Shown: positions 11,862 to 23,800 of the stretch, piece by piece
How positions within the stretch are numbered: the stretch's first letter is position 1
Layout: every line of letters begins with the position of its first letter
Source of the DNA: Paraphysomonas bandaiensis
Taxonomy: Eukaryota > Protista > Chrysophyceae
Assembly: GCA_965644295.1 (NCBI GenBank)
Contig: CBFFRP010000133.1
Coordinates: 62,001-126,000, forward strand
DNA length: 64,000 bases
Reading direction: 5' to 3'
Translations under genes and position numbers: made by a program
The notes under the pieces: generated by a model
What the model saw: only the letters and a program-made list of their open reading frames with translations
Told to the model about the DNA's origin: nothing
The model's database searches: none

Positions 11862-14165
11862 TTCTTTAGATATAAGTATATATAAAGCACTGAAATGGAA
11901 TATATATGCAGCTTAGTTATATGTGTGATCAGTGATGACAACAGCAGGGAGAACACGCAGGGATGAGCGATGCATGAAGGTGTAGTTCTTCCTGTGGATA
12001 CAGTCATATGGTAGATCAACAAACAAGTGGAATACATAAATGTATACGTATGTTCGGGTTAGCTACTTCTGTAGAAATCGCAAATATCTAGAGTACGGCA
12101 CTTTCAAACTTAGAAAGAGGCGATATTTCATATGGAAATATGGGATATTTTCCCAACATCACGATGTACTCCTGTACCAGGTGTACGGATAGGTATACTC
12201 TGTACTGCCTTACGTCAGCATATCATTCTTCGGAAATAAATTGAAGCAAAATTACTCTATAATACTGCAATACAACTACGGCTGTAATACATATAATTGT
12301 TGTCTCAATATTAGAGGCATCTTTGAACGAAAATATACAAAGGATGCCGATACGCATGGAGCTGCATAGATACGACGAGCGAACCCGATACAACAGCAGC
12401 ATTAATAACTTATAAGATAAATAAAGAAGAGGATAACCACATCATCCCATTAATAAACAGTTCCCTATTCTGAGGGGGTGCATTCTTCGTGTGTGTCATC
12501 ATATGACTATGGTTTGTGAAGATGAGCACTTCTGGGACGGTAGGGTGGCTCTATCCGAATCTGCGAGCGGATCCATATGGCTAGCCAAGAAAATGAGCAG
12601 TTGGAGGGTGAGTGACTGAAAAACCTTGGCGCTGTGTGTATGTATCAGCGAGCTTACACTATGGCCGCATATTCCTTACAGAAGGAGGCTCTTTACATTA
12701 CCGTTACATACACTGTTACTTGCGACTGCTCAACGGATATACTAATGTGACACTATTAACCCTGTGGTATAGCACTATTATGAATAATAGTTATATAACT
12801 CTGCCAAGCATTAATATAAGTAGATACGAAGGCTGTAGACTCTGTCTACAGAATCATATTCTCGCTGGCGGCATCGAATGTCGCCTGGTTTCTGGTTTTC
12901 AGGTACACTCTCTATATTATTCCTTATTTATCGTTTCCTACGGGCTGTTCTACACTGGATCACACAGCGCACAACTTCTGTGTTTATCTCCACTTTCAAC
13001 AACTAGTGAATGTACGGTGGATTCTGGAGAGTCACCGATAATAATTTACAACTTCATCACGTCCCACCCAGTTTCGAAGCTTTATAACTACATGTGAATA
13101 TAGTGAGAGTATAGCGCCAGAGCTCGATTTCAGCCCTCGTGGTAGTATGAACGAGAGTTGTAATATTATTGTTAGAGCCTAATTCAGCTACTGCTTTTAG
13201 CTACCAAAGCAAACCAAAATTTCAAAGTAAGGGATGTAAATATGATTTTGCTATGTATTTCTTATCGATCCCTGAAATCCATTGTTTAAAGGTGTGTATT
13301 CGTTCAGATTTATAATTTCATCTCTAGTTGTGGCCACAAGAAATTTTAGAGAATAGAGAGTAAGCAGAAAATAACAGCATTATCCTTTACTCTATTATAC
13401 AGTGTAGTGGTAGAAGTTTTAGAAAGTCTGCTGCTAAATCTGGAAAAAATACGAAGTTTATCAAATCCATCACTTATACACTTACACCTTTCGATTTCTA
13501 TTACTATTATTAGCAGTAGGCGTTGAAGAGTCAGAACTAATGTAGCATAGCAATTTAAGTTAATAGTACTATTATTTAACGCTACAAAATCTGTTTCCCA
13601 GAAATTTGTCCACTACTATACCCCAGAACACCACGAAAAGGCGGACTTTGTTAAGGGTCAATTTATACTTGCCCTAACAATATTTGATGCTCTTGTGATC
13701 AAATTGGACGGTACATTAGTAAAAACGAAGCCGTGCTTGTGCTATATATATGTGTATATGCATATGATAGTAATACGTATGTGGATACTTTTGGTACTAC
13801 TCTAGCGTAAATAATATAACAATCAAATTTATATTATGTTTATATGGTGTGTATTACATGTAATTTGGCGAAAGCGCGACCGTATAACAAGTTCTACGGC
13901 ATGAGATAGTTATATGATGCTAATTGTCCCTTGTCTTTAACGCCTATTGCTAAATAAAAAGACATTCAATATATGTCCCTTGTCTAAATTTTAAAACTCT
14001 GACTTATCCCTTATAATCACTCGGTTGTACCATAGCTTATCCTCTTATGATGTTGAAAACCTAATATATCTAGAATGTATATCCGTTTGCAGCTTGCTTG
14101 TAGCTAGGAGTTCCCTGCTTAAACTAAAATTATTGTTTATTATAAACTGGATCTATACCTTATAT

Positions 14166-14555
14166 TGAAAAAGTCTTTTATTTAGCAATATGCGTTAAAA
14201 ACCTGCGCTAACTTAGTAGCTAGACCTCTACCTGTAACTAATCAGTACAAACTCTATTATCCTACTATTTAACGCTACGAAAGCTGCTTGTGCGTCGCCG
14301 CAAACACCAAGGTGCGACCACTTCCGCTCTGAGTTCTTAAGGTGAACATCCCGGATGCTTGACTTCAGCAGGCAGCCCAATACCCCGGTTACCCTTCAGG
14401 TGGGCCCTGTCCCGGATGCCCTTGAGGTGGGCCCATTCCCTGATGCCTGTTTATTCGTCAGGACCCAAAGACGTCTACACAAGTGACACTTATTGATGTC
14501 CCTTGTACCACACAAGCATTCGGCAAATGAGTGGGCAGAAGAATATCTGCTGACA
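14166..14555 (-). repeat. ~390-bp SINE-like copy of the LINE-tail repeat family
   Basis: Near-identical over ~300 bp to 20106-20410; on the minus strand starts GTCAGCAGATATT and ends with AATAAA. Confidence 0.8.
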
Positions 14556-14992
14556 ATGTTTGCGGCTCACGTTAGTTTCCCAGAGAGAGAATATCTCCGG
14601 TACTTATCCCCCAGATCACCACGATAAGGTGCGAGTCCGACTTTGTTGTGGGTTTCAATCTTTTTTCTTGCAGAATATCTCTTTTATACACTCTACTCTG
14701 GTAAGCTGCTTTTGAAGTCCTGGATAAGAGATACGTCACTTACACAGTGACTGTCATCATTATGATCTTTTTTACAGCACACGAAGGATGGAAGATGACT
14801 TGGAGTGTTTGATGATCTACTTTTGAAAGTTGATTCATCATTGTGGCTTCTCTAAGATTGTGGTATCATGCTAAACACACAAATGAATGTAAATATAATA
14901 ATTAAGATAAACGGTAGGTTCTGTTTGAACCGAATAAGGAAGTTGATTGTTTATATGAGTGTTCTGTTGAAAACCAAATGGATGCCAAGAAC

Positions 14993-16193
14993 CAGGGATA
15001 GGGAACAATATATTGACTGGTGGATTGGTCAAATATTCCATTAATATTGTTTCTGTTGAAGTAGCCCACAATATATTGCAATCAATATTGCAATCATAAT
15101 ATATTAACTTATATATATATATAAGTCCATGTAAATAAATCTCCGTTCAGACTGTAATTATTGCAACATTACAGAGGATGATGAAGCTGAAGTTGGCTAT
15201 GCGGAGAAAATTCTTAAATCAGCTCAACAATTTAAGAAACGGAAAGTTGAACTATCTAAGTACTGGTGATGAGTCATGTAGTATGTACTTCCACGTGAAC
15301 GCCTGTTCAGCGCAGCAAAACTGATTATATCAGTGTTGCGCAAACGTATGCATCCTACTACACTTAATATGCTGTTGTTTCTGAAAGCTAACCGACAGTT
15401 GTGGCCGGATGCAAGCATATTTCAATTGATATTGGATGAATATGGTGATGATGATGTCACTGATGATGGCTCAGAGAATGAGTATGAGGAACCTTATAAT
15501 TAGTTAAGAGTAGTGGGTTTGATTATCAAGTGACCTTAGACCTTATAATACCTCAACTGGCATTTCATTCCAGAGGCGACGGTTCATGCGTAAAAATATA
15601 AGTAATACTCTTGCGCATATCAGTCATAACAATCTTAGCTCTACGGAACAACCTTTCAACCCTATTGGTTGTGGCATGCAAGTGCTTCATGCTGCAGTAA
15701 CGAGTTTGCTGATTAAGACGTGCTCGCTTCCGTTGCCTGCTACCATCAATCTAACGCTGCGCGGCGCTGTCATCATCTTCTTCATCCTCGTCGAGCAAAA
15801 ACTTTTGCTGCACCTCTACCGATCAACGATCACACCGAAATACTTTTAAAGCATTGCAACATCTTCGTTGTCATAATTTCTTTTCGCAAAGAACACTCGT
15901 GCATTGACTTCTGGTACAAGCTTCATCATTCATATCGTCAGTTATTTAAATGAATTATTTGAGATTATCCTATGGATAATATAGGATTATATCAATCTTC
16001 GATTTTTAAATTGGACTTTTGCAATAAAATTGTCGTTTTTATCAACTTTTCAGTATAAAAAGTTGGTATCATTTTTATGATCAATTAATTGCAATTACTT
16101 GAAGCTAGCTGGAGTCAGTTATAATTGCAAATATGATTTGATGTCAGCCCTGCTCTCTAACAATAGCATTGCAATATATTTTCCCTATCCCTG
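14993..16193. mobile_element. Defective hAT transposon with a nested second hAT remnant
   Basis: TIRs CAGGGATAGGGAACAATATATTG / CAATATATTTTCCCTATCCCTG; 8-bp flanks CCAAGAAC vs TCACGAAC (6/8); + strand 'ERLFSAAKLIISVLRKRMHPTTLNMLLFLKANRQLW' (~15297-15404) and - strand 'HLHATTNRVERLFRRAKIVMTDMRK' (~15610-15690), both hAT dimerisation-domain-like. Confidence 0.8.
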
Positions 16194-16443
16194 TCACGAA
16201 CACTGGTTTTGAGACGAAATGGGGATAATATTATACTTTATTCGACGCCACTTCGATCAATGTAAACTTATTACTTTAAAAGGCAAGAGTTAAGTCTTTA
16301 CCACAATTGAAGTCATGCTACAGTACTATTAACACTGATATTATTACGGACACAATAAAGCAAGGTGGTGCCGGATTAATCCCAAAAAGGCATGCTACAC
16401 ACTAACAATGCTGAATGTATCACAGATTGCGGTAATGAAGCCT

Positions 16444-17105
16444 CTATTCCGAAAGATTCTTGTACTTGCCATATAATGCGTCCATTTTTCCAGCCAAAAT
16501 GAAATCAAAGCGAGAGAGACCTCCCTCAGTGTGAGTGCTGAGCGCAACATCAACCTCATTGTACACATTGAACCATCCAGGGTAGTGGTCCATATCAGAT
16601 GCTACCTTCGCGGTTTCCTTCATGAACATCCTAAACAACATATCAGAAACCTGACTTAACAATACTTTTTACTATACCAAGCCTCATAGAAGTCACGGAA
16701 CATATACTTCTTACGAATAACATCTCTGCCATTTTGTGCTCCGAGAACCCATCCGTTTTCCTCAGACAGTTTAATCAACTCTTTGCGTTTAGAGTCTTCC
16801 AAAGGAAGCTGCAGAGGGTCATCAATCTCTTGTTTCATAAATTCAGCTCGAGCTTGTTTCTCTGCGTCGCGAATTTCTTCCTCGGTAGGCATATAAAAAA
16901 CAGCAGGGATCGGCGTCAAAATATCCTCGTCCTCAATAGGATAATACATATATCCAGGAGGAGCGGTGGGGGTATCCTCTCTCAGAGGGCGAGGAAGTTC
17001 AATATCCACTGTCGTCTTGTCACGAGTAATAATTCTTCTCGGTGAGGCACGTGCTGCCACAACGCGTGCTTGTCTAGTAAAGACGGATGCTGTACGAGAA
17101 AGCAT
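16444..17105 (-). CDS. Pterin-4a-carbinolamine dehydratase-like protein (divergent active site, N-terminal extension)
   Basis: Presequence-like MLSRTASVFTRQAR..; 'GRDVIRKKYMFRDFYEAW|MFMKETA..DHYPGWFNVYNEVDVALSTHTEGGLS'; one intron near 16631-16678. Confidence 0.85.
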
Positions 17106-17674
17106 GGTAATGTTTATTAACTCAATGAATAGTGAACAGTTATGCAATGAGTGCAACAGCACGGAAATGGAATGGTATGTGTGCAGTTGATGCCTGAATC
17201 TCCTCTGCATGCATGCTATTGCAGTAGATGTTATGGTAGCAGTTAATGTCTCAACACAAAAAACACTTCCCACTACGAATCTTGAATCGTCAAAGTTTCG
17301 AAACTGAAAGTTACTGTTGTGTGTTGTGTGGGGAAACAGGGGGTTTTCGGAGTTGAATTTTCGAAAATATGAATGAGAAAATATACTTGCATGTGGGAAA
17401 CTATATTTTTTCTGGCTTTCCTCTTGAAAAGATCTAAAATCCTTTGGTTTTAAGTTCTAAAAGCAGGGAGTATATACAAACTTGAGGTGGTGGGGTTGTG
17501 TGTGGCTTGTGTATGGTGTATGTCGCAGTGTTGCTTGCATGTATAGTTTGTACGCAGTGTTTGTAGATGTCTGCCTGTATATACATGCTCCTACGCATAT
17601 GTTCATACAATACTTTGCTTGACTCATATATTAATTAGCAACTAATATAACCCTCACATAACACATACTTCACG

Positions 17675-18170
17675 ATGTTTTCCCGTTCTATCGCCCTTCG
17701 CAAATGCGGTGTATCCGTATACCAATCAACCACCCGAATGGCAACTACCGCCGTTAGTCGTGCATTAATTGCAGGCTCTGAAAGAGATAACTGCCTAAAA
17801 GAGGCCTCATCTAGCGGATGGCAGGTCGTCAACGGAAGAGATGCAATTTCTAAACGCTTCAAATTTGTGAACTTTGAAGAAGCATGGTAACAAGTGCACT
17901 GTGTGAGTGATATCGTTTAACGCGCTGTTCCATAGGGAGTTTATGGATACTGTGGCTGTCTATGCTGGTAAGTGCTAATTATATACAATGGTTCTAGGTA
18001 TTAGTAATTATTCATGTTTAGACTCTGTTGATCATCATCCTGAGTGGTACAACGCCTATAATATCGTTGATATTACCCTTTCAACCCACGACGCTGGTGG
18101 ACTGTCGTTGATGGACTTCGCACTGGCTAAGCACGCGGATAAGAATTATATTTACAACAAGAATCATTGA
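17675..18170 (+). CDS. PCBD: Pterin-4a-carbinolamine dehydratase (PCD/DCoH), canonical
   Basis: Presequence-like MFSRSIALR..; '[18 protein letters not shown]|EFM..|[26 protein letters not shown]'; two short introns. Confidence 0.9.
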
Positions 18171-18679
18171 GCATCATTGCCTTCAACTGATGCCTAACAT
18201 CAGGTTCTTGTAGTAAGTGTAATGAAGTAAAAGTGGTAATTAGTAAGAAGGATTCTCTCATGATAACTTACGCTCTCTTAATAATAACTGCATAGATCAT
18301 GTTAGAAAATGAAGTGGGTTGCTGATGCCAGTCTATTTCGTAGATATTATCTTTCAACCCGTAGACGAGTAATGTTAAAAATTAGTGTCAGATATCGGGG
18401 CAAGAATTACTCGACACCTTCTCCCCAAGAATGCGCGGGATGTATGAACCGCGCAAGATGAAAGTATAGTGTATATTTAGCATCTAGCTGCCTGACGTCA
18501 CACACAAAGAATACGCCGGGATTTTAATAAAGATCTATTAATTCCTTTTCAAAAGAGTGCAACAGAAGGCTCATAGTAGGGCCGGGAAATGTAGACATTC
18601 AACTTCAGTATTCGGTGTTAGAAACTGTCTTCTATCTTAGTAATCATGCTGACTGAGATTTATATGTGATTTCATTATA

Positions 18680-19130
18680 TTACACAATTTTAGGGAAACC
18701 ACAATGATGAGTCAACATTCGGAAGCAGAGATCCAAGTTGTACTCTACCCTTCTTCTGCTGTAGAAGATCATAATTTGCTTTCAAACCCTGGACATCGAA
18801 ACAACTTCCAGAATATTGCTGGAGATTTTAATGGTCCATCTAATGCTAAAGGCGCTTTGGAGCATTCCAATGGTTTTACAACGTGCTGATCAGAATTCTA
18901 TGCGTCATATCATACACAGCACTCGAGTCAGGTGCATTAGCAGGGTCTAATGTGACGATGATGCCAGCGACAACAAGAAGCCTCTTGCGGCTACAATTTT
19001 CGCCTTCATCATCACAGTTATGTACGAATTTAAGTACCTCACAGTTGCTATTCCCTCAGCATCCTTCTGTGGTAAGGGTACAATTGTTGTATCTAATACT
19101 GAAATTGGGGATTTATTGGTTTGAGCTAAT
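18680..19130. repeat. Degenerate dispersed repeat (probably a decayed TE coding region)
   Basis: Colinear with 41915-42400 (AATTTTAGGGAAACCA.AATGATGAG..; CGACAACAAGAA.CCTC..CTACAA.TTTTC); partial inverted copy near 14700-14870. Confidence 0.6.
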
Positions 19131-19809
19131 CTAGAACAATTATTGCATTTTGCTAAGCTTATATATAGATTATATTGCTATAGTGTTACAGTAATCAGGG
19201 ATCATTTACTTTACAGCAAGCAAGCTGCAAACAGCAATACTATTTAACCTAGGAATAAGGAGTACCGTCCATTGTCAAATTTTAAAACTCGGGATTTTTG
19301 TACTTGTTTCAAGATTTTGAGCGCTGGGCGATATAACCTCCTTTTATTACCTGTGGTTAGATATAACTATATAGCGTAAACAACAGTAGCACTACACTTT
19401 TGCAGGCGCTCAGAAATTGGGAAGGTATCTTTATCATGACTAAGACATGCATCTATTCTATTCTCATTTTGCTAGTCATAAGGATCACACAATAACCAAA
19501 CCCACAACATGACATTATTGCCAAATGAAAAACAAGGGCAAAGACTACCTACTGCTTTGCTTCTTGGCTAATAACAACTTTCCTGATTCTCATCCTTCGA
19601 GACACCAGTGGTGACATAGCATATATAAGAATATCTGATTATTACATGAGAACGGTTGTGTTCAGAAACTAGTTTTACATCTATAGACTAACTAAGTGAC
19701 ATAGCATATACTATAATATATATATAATATATTGTGGGAAACATTATTCGCCTCGTCAATTTTGTAAAATTACCAAAAGTAGGAATATAGACGATTAAGA
19801 GGTAGCTTA

Positions 19810-20410
19810 ACTCTGATATCCTACTATTTAACGCTACAAAATCTGCTTGTTCGTCACCGTAAGCACCAAGGTGCAACCACTCCCGCTCTATCACTCAACA
19901 AAGCCAACACAGTGCGCAAGCAGAATGTTGATATACCTGACATCTGCTGACTTCAGGATTTTTGAGTCATCCCGGATACTTGACTTCAGCAGGCATCCCA
20001 ATACCCCGTGTGTGTTTATTCGTCAAGGCTCAAAGACGTCTACACAAGTGATATTAGTGTCCCTTGTACCTTGTACCACACCAGGATTTGGCTATGAGTG
20101 CGCCGAACTCTATTATCCTACTATTTAACTCTACGAAAGCTGCTTGTGCGTCGCCTCAAACACCAAGGTGCGACCACTTCCGCTCTGAGTTCTTAAGGTG
20201 AACATCCGGGATGCTTGACTTCAGCAGGCAGTCCAATACCCCGGTTACCCTTCAGGTGGGCCCTGTCCCGGATGCCCTTGAGGTGGGCCCATTCCCTGAT
20301 GCCTGTTTATTCGTCAGGACCCAAAGACGTCTACACAAGTGACACTTATTGGTGTCCCTTGTACCACACAAGCATTCGGCAAAGGAGTGGGCAGAAGAAT
20401 ATCTGCTGAC
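19810..20410 (-). repeat. Two tandem copies of the LINE-tail/SINE-like repeat
   Basis: Copies at ~19810-20085 and 20106-20410; bracketed by a ~65-bp direct repeat at ~19628-19697 and ~20416-20479. Confidence 0.8.
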
Positions 20411-20479
20411 TAGCAAGAATATCTGATTATTACATGAGAACAGAGTTCAGAACTAGTTTTACATCTATAGACTAACTAA

Positions 20480-20690
20480 TAACTGGGCTGCTATTTACGA
20501 CTAGTGGTGGGCAATCGTCTCGGGACTGCTTGTGCATCGCTGCGGGCACCATGATGCAACCGTCCCTTGTAGTGAGGTTAATCGGGGGGTCTTCCTTTGG
20601 GCAGTATGTCTTGCGGGCCTGTGTCTTGGGGGATGATTGGGGCTAGGTGTATATGAGAATGTAGGTCGGTTGTGGTGATGTTGCAGTGAT
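20480..20690 (-). mobile_element. 3' end of a non-LTR retrotransposon (ORF ending ...DILPKGRPPD*)
   Basis: Stop at 20578-20580 after PKGRPPD, the same C-terminal heptapeptide as ORF 33246-33605; followed by a diverged copy of the shared 3' tail. Confidence 0.55.
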
Positions 20691-20868
20691 ATTCTGCAAC
20701 AAAAAGAGATTGAAAGAAACTAACTGCAAGTATGTTTATACAATAGTATTTTCTTGCAATACATATCTGCCTAAAATTGCCATAATTATTTACACATCAT
20801 CAACAGCAACATCAAAGTATACGGGGAGCACACTACCACTTACACGCAACAAACTCGAGAAACGTATA

Positions 20869-23800
20869 TCACCCTATATTCCCCAACGAAGTGGATGTAC
20901 TGCTCGATGGAGAGAGACCAAGTAGATCATCTAAAGATGAATCATTCGCTGTATCTGCACCAGGAGTGCGCTGCGTTTCAAGGGTCATGCTCAGTAATCC
21001 TGGTGAATCCTGAGCAGGGCTTACTACACTCCCGCCCTCACGCATCCTGGATGAAGAAGTATTTACGATAGCATTGGTCTGTGACCGGATTCGAGCAGCA
21101 GGCTGGGCATCGTTTGACCGTAAAAATATGTCCAAATAGTCACTGCTACTACTACTATCGACACTAGGGCGAGCAGAAGAACTTTCTACACTGCTCTCGC
21201 TGGAAAATATATCTACTGGCTGGGATTCGTATAATCCAGTTCCCAAGCGGTTAATTCTGTCACTGATACCAATAGTATGCTCGGTTGATCGGTACGCACG
21301 AGAACTGTGTGTAGCCGAAAAAGAAGTACGTTGTGTAATGCTGGTCGTTGATGTCGCATGAAGACGAGAGGTACTGTAACGGGAATCCAATTCTTCCACA
21401 GCTTCTGAAAATGAATCTGATACACCCGAAGCAAACGACATCAGCGACTGTGATAATAGCATGTCGTGAGGGGGCACTCTGTCCGAGATTTCAGTTGAAG
21501 TTGGACTCTCTCTCGCACTGACCTGCCTACGGGACTGAGATCCCAGTGCAAAGGAAAGGGATGATGATGACGAAGCGGAAGTGCGAGTCGACTCTACTCT
21601 CTGTGGTGTCTGCATCATTGTTGTTGTGCCAAACAAGACTTTATCGCTCTCATCATCACTACTATCTATCGAAAACTGTTGCAAACCATATTTTTCTTCG
21701 AAACTCTGGTTGATGATACGCCCTGTCGATAAAATAGTATTTCTTTGGGTGGTGCGTAAAGCAGTATTGATAGAGGTGATTTGAGCTGAATCACGAGAAG
21801 TCGTAATGATTCCTTCTTCGTCCGTTCCACTGGCACTCGAGAAGGAAGTTTGGAAGATACTGGGTTCAGCTGAGGATCCGTGATATACATTCCTTTCATC
21901 AGATTTTATGTGCATTATACGGCCTTCTGATGGTTCTGAGGGGTGGATTGTGCCTGCAGTTAGTTGCGGAGACGAATCTATACTCCGTGTATTCATGAAA
22001 TCAGCATGCATATGTCCCGCAAGGGAGGCAGATTCAACCGAAGATTTAGATTCTTTTGACAAACGATTTGTTTCCTCCGGACCATGGTCAGAAGCTCTCA
22101 CAAGGGTCTCAGACTGCACTGATGCATTGCCCAAAACGTCAAATGATCCCGATGACGAAGCTAAGCTATGATGATCGACCTTGTGAGTACCGATGGTCTC
22201 GTACTCCCTAGTTAGTGTGTGTGAATACAGATCTCTGGCTCGGCCATCTTTCTCTTGGTCGGATGCATCGTATATAGTTGATTCCGTGTTCCCAGGAGGC
22301 GACGTAGAAGGCCACCCTGATAAATAATCGGAAACGTCATGTAGTGGTTCGGAAGAGTCCGAAGATTTACTGGTGTGCTGCATTTCATGTTCAGTAGCGT
22401 GTTTACCACCCTCTTGCCTGGATGTACCATTAAACGAAGATTCACTTTTCACTGTGGGTGACATAGAAGGCCACCCTGATATATAATCGGAAACATTATG
22501 AAACGGCTCAGAGGAGTCTGAAGATTTATTGCTATGCTGCGTTTCACGATCATAGGCCTGAGACGTTTCCCGGTTAACGAGAGGTGTAGTAGAAAATACT
22601 ACCTCCAGAGCAGCACGAAGGCCCACACTGTCCTCTCCACTTGACAATACGCTTTCTGTGAACGTACCTGCCGTACGCTCTTCCAAGGAGTTTATTGGAC
22701 TGCTGCTAGTGCCAGGGCCGGGGCGTTGTGGTGTCACTTCAATGGAAGAACCAAACGAAAAACTGATATCGTCAAAAAATTCTTTCTGCTGAATATGTCC
22801 ACCACTTCGGCCATGCTCAGAGCTGCCAGTATCACTGTGTGATGCGTTACCAGCTTCTGGGCCAATATCCGATGGTGATGAGTCAAGTAGCTCGGCTAAA
22901 GATAGCACAGGGGAAGGAGTGTGCCTACTCCTAACACGGGTGGGACTTCGATTTCCAGAGGGCGGAGATGATGGAGACTTCAAAAGCTCTTCCAGGCTTA
23001 TTTCACCGCTATCATTCGTGTCGTCTTTATTATGATAATCAACAGATGCAACGATATCATCTTCCGGTGTCATTTCCTGGCCTTTATTCTTGGTAATACT
23101 GGAGTCCATTCTTGTGGTCATTGAAACAGAAATTGCCTGCGCCGAGGAGTGGCTACTTACAGCACTTGAGCTAAATCGCTGTTCGTATCGTCCTTTTCTA
23201 TCCGGATGATTTTTTTCCAGCCCTTGGGACTCTTCCGTGCCTTCCCAGAGAAGTGAACTCCCACTAGATCCCAAACTAGCAAAGCGCTGCGCAGTGCCTC
23301 CGCCCTCCATACGAAAATATTCTGGCGAGTACTCCAGTGAACTTTGATCCCCTGTAGACACGATCGAGTTTATTATAAATGGCGTACGAGCACACATATT
23401 ACTAATGTATAAAGCTTACTGCCAAGTACAGTTTGGTAGTATACGCTCACCTGAGGAGTCGCTATTCACATAAACATCACCAAGTGCCAATTTCATTTCG
23501 TTTTCAGAATTTGTTTGTGAGAATACCCCACTTTCATCTTTCCCAATCACTGATTGATAGTGCACATCGGTGAATATGTCATCATTACCCTTGCCACTAC
23601 CGTCACCGAGTGAATCGTCCAAACGATAGGAAGTCCATTGAAGATCTCTGCCAGACCCTGATGTTGACGCAGACGACCCACTCTCGCTTATAGTACTCTC
23701 TACTCTTACCACGCTACTATCTAGAGTGCTGCTTCTGTTAGCACGCTGAAATGACGTCCGTAAATCGTGCCTTGCTGCTACAGTTGACAAATCAGAAAAA

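Noticed and set aside
12612-13097. 161-aa ORF in the intergenic region
   Set aside because: GTG start, no recognisable motif, no convincing exon structure
14440-14470. Hammerhead ribozyme (CTGACGA on the minus strand) in the SINE-like repeat
   Set aside because: No stem II followed by GAAA in the required arrangement
19688-19894. AP2-like peptide WLHLGAYGDEQA
   Set aside because: Chance reading of the non-coding repeat core; the frame is not preserved among copies
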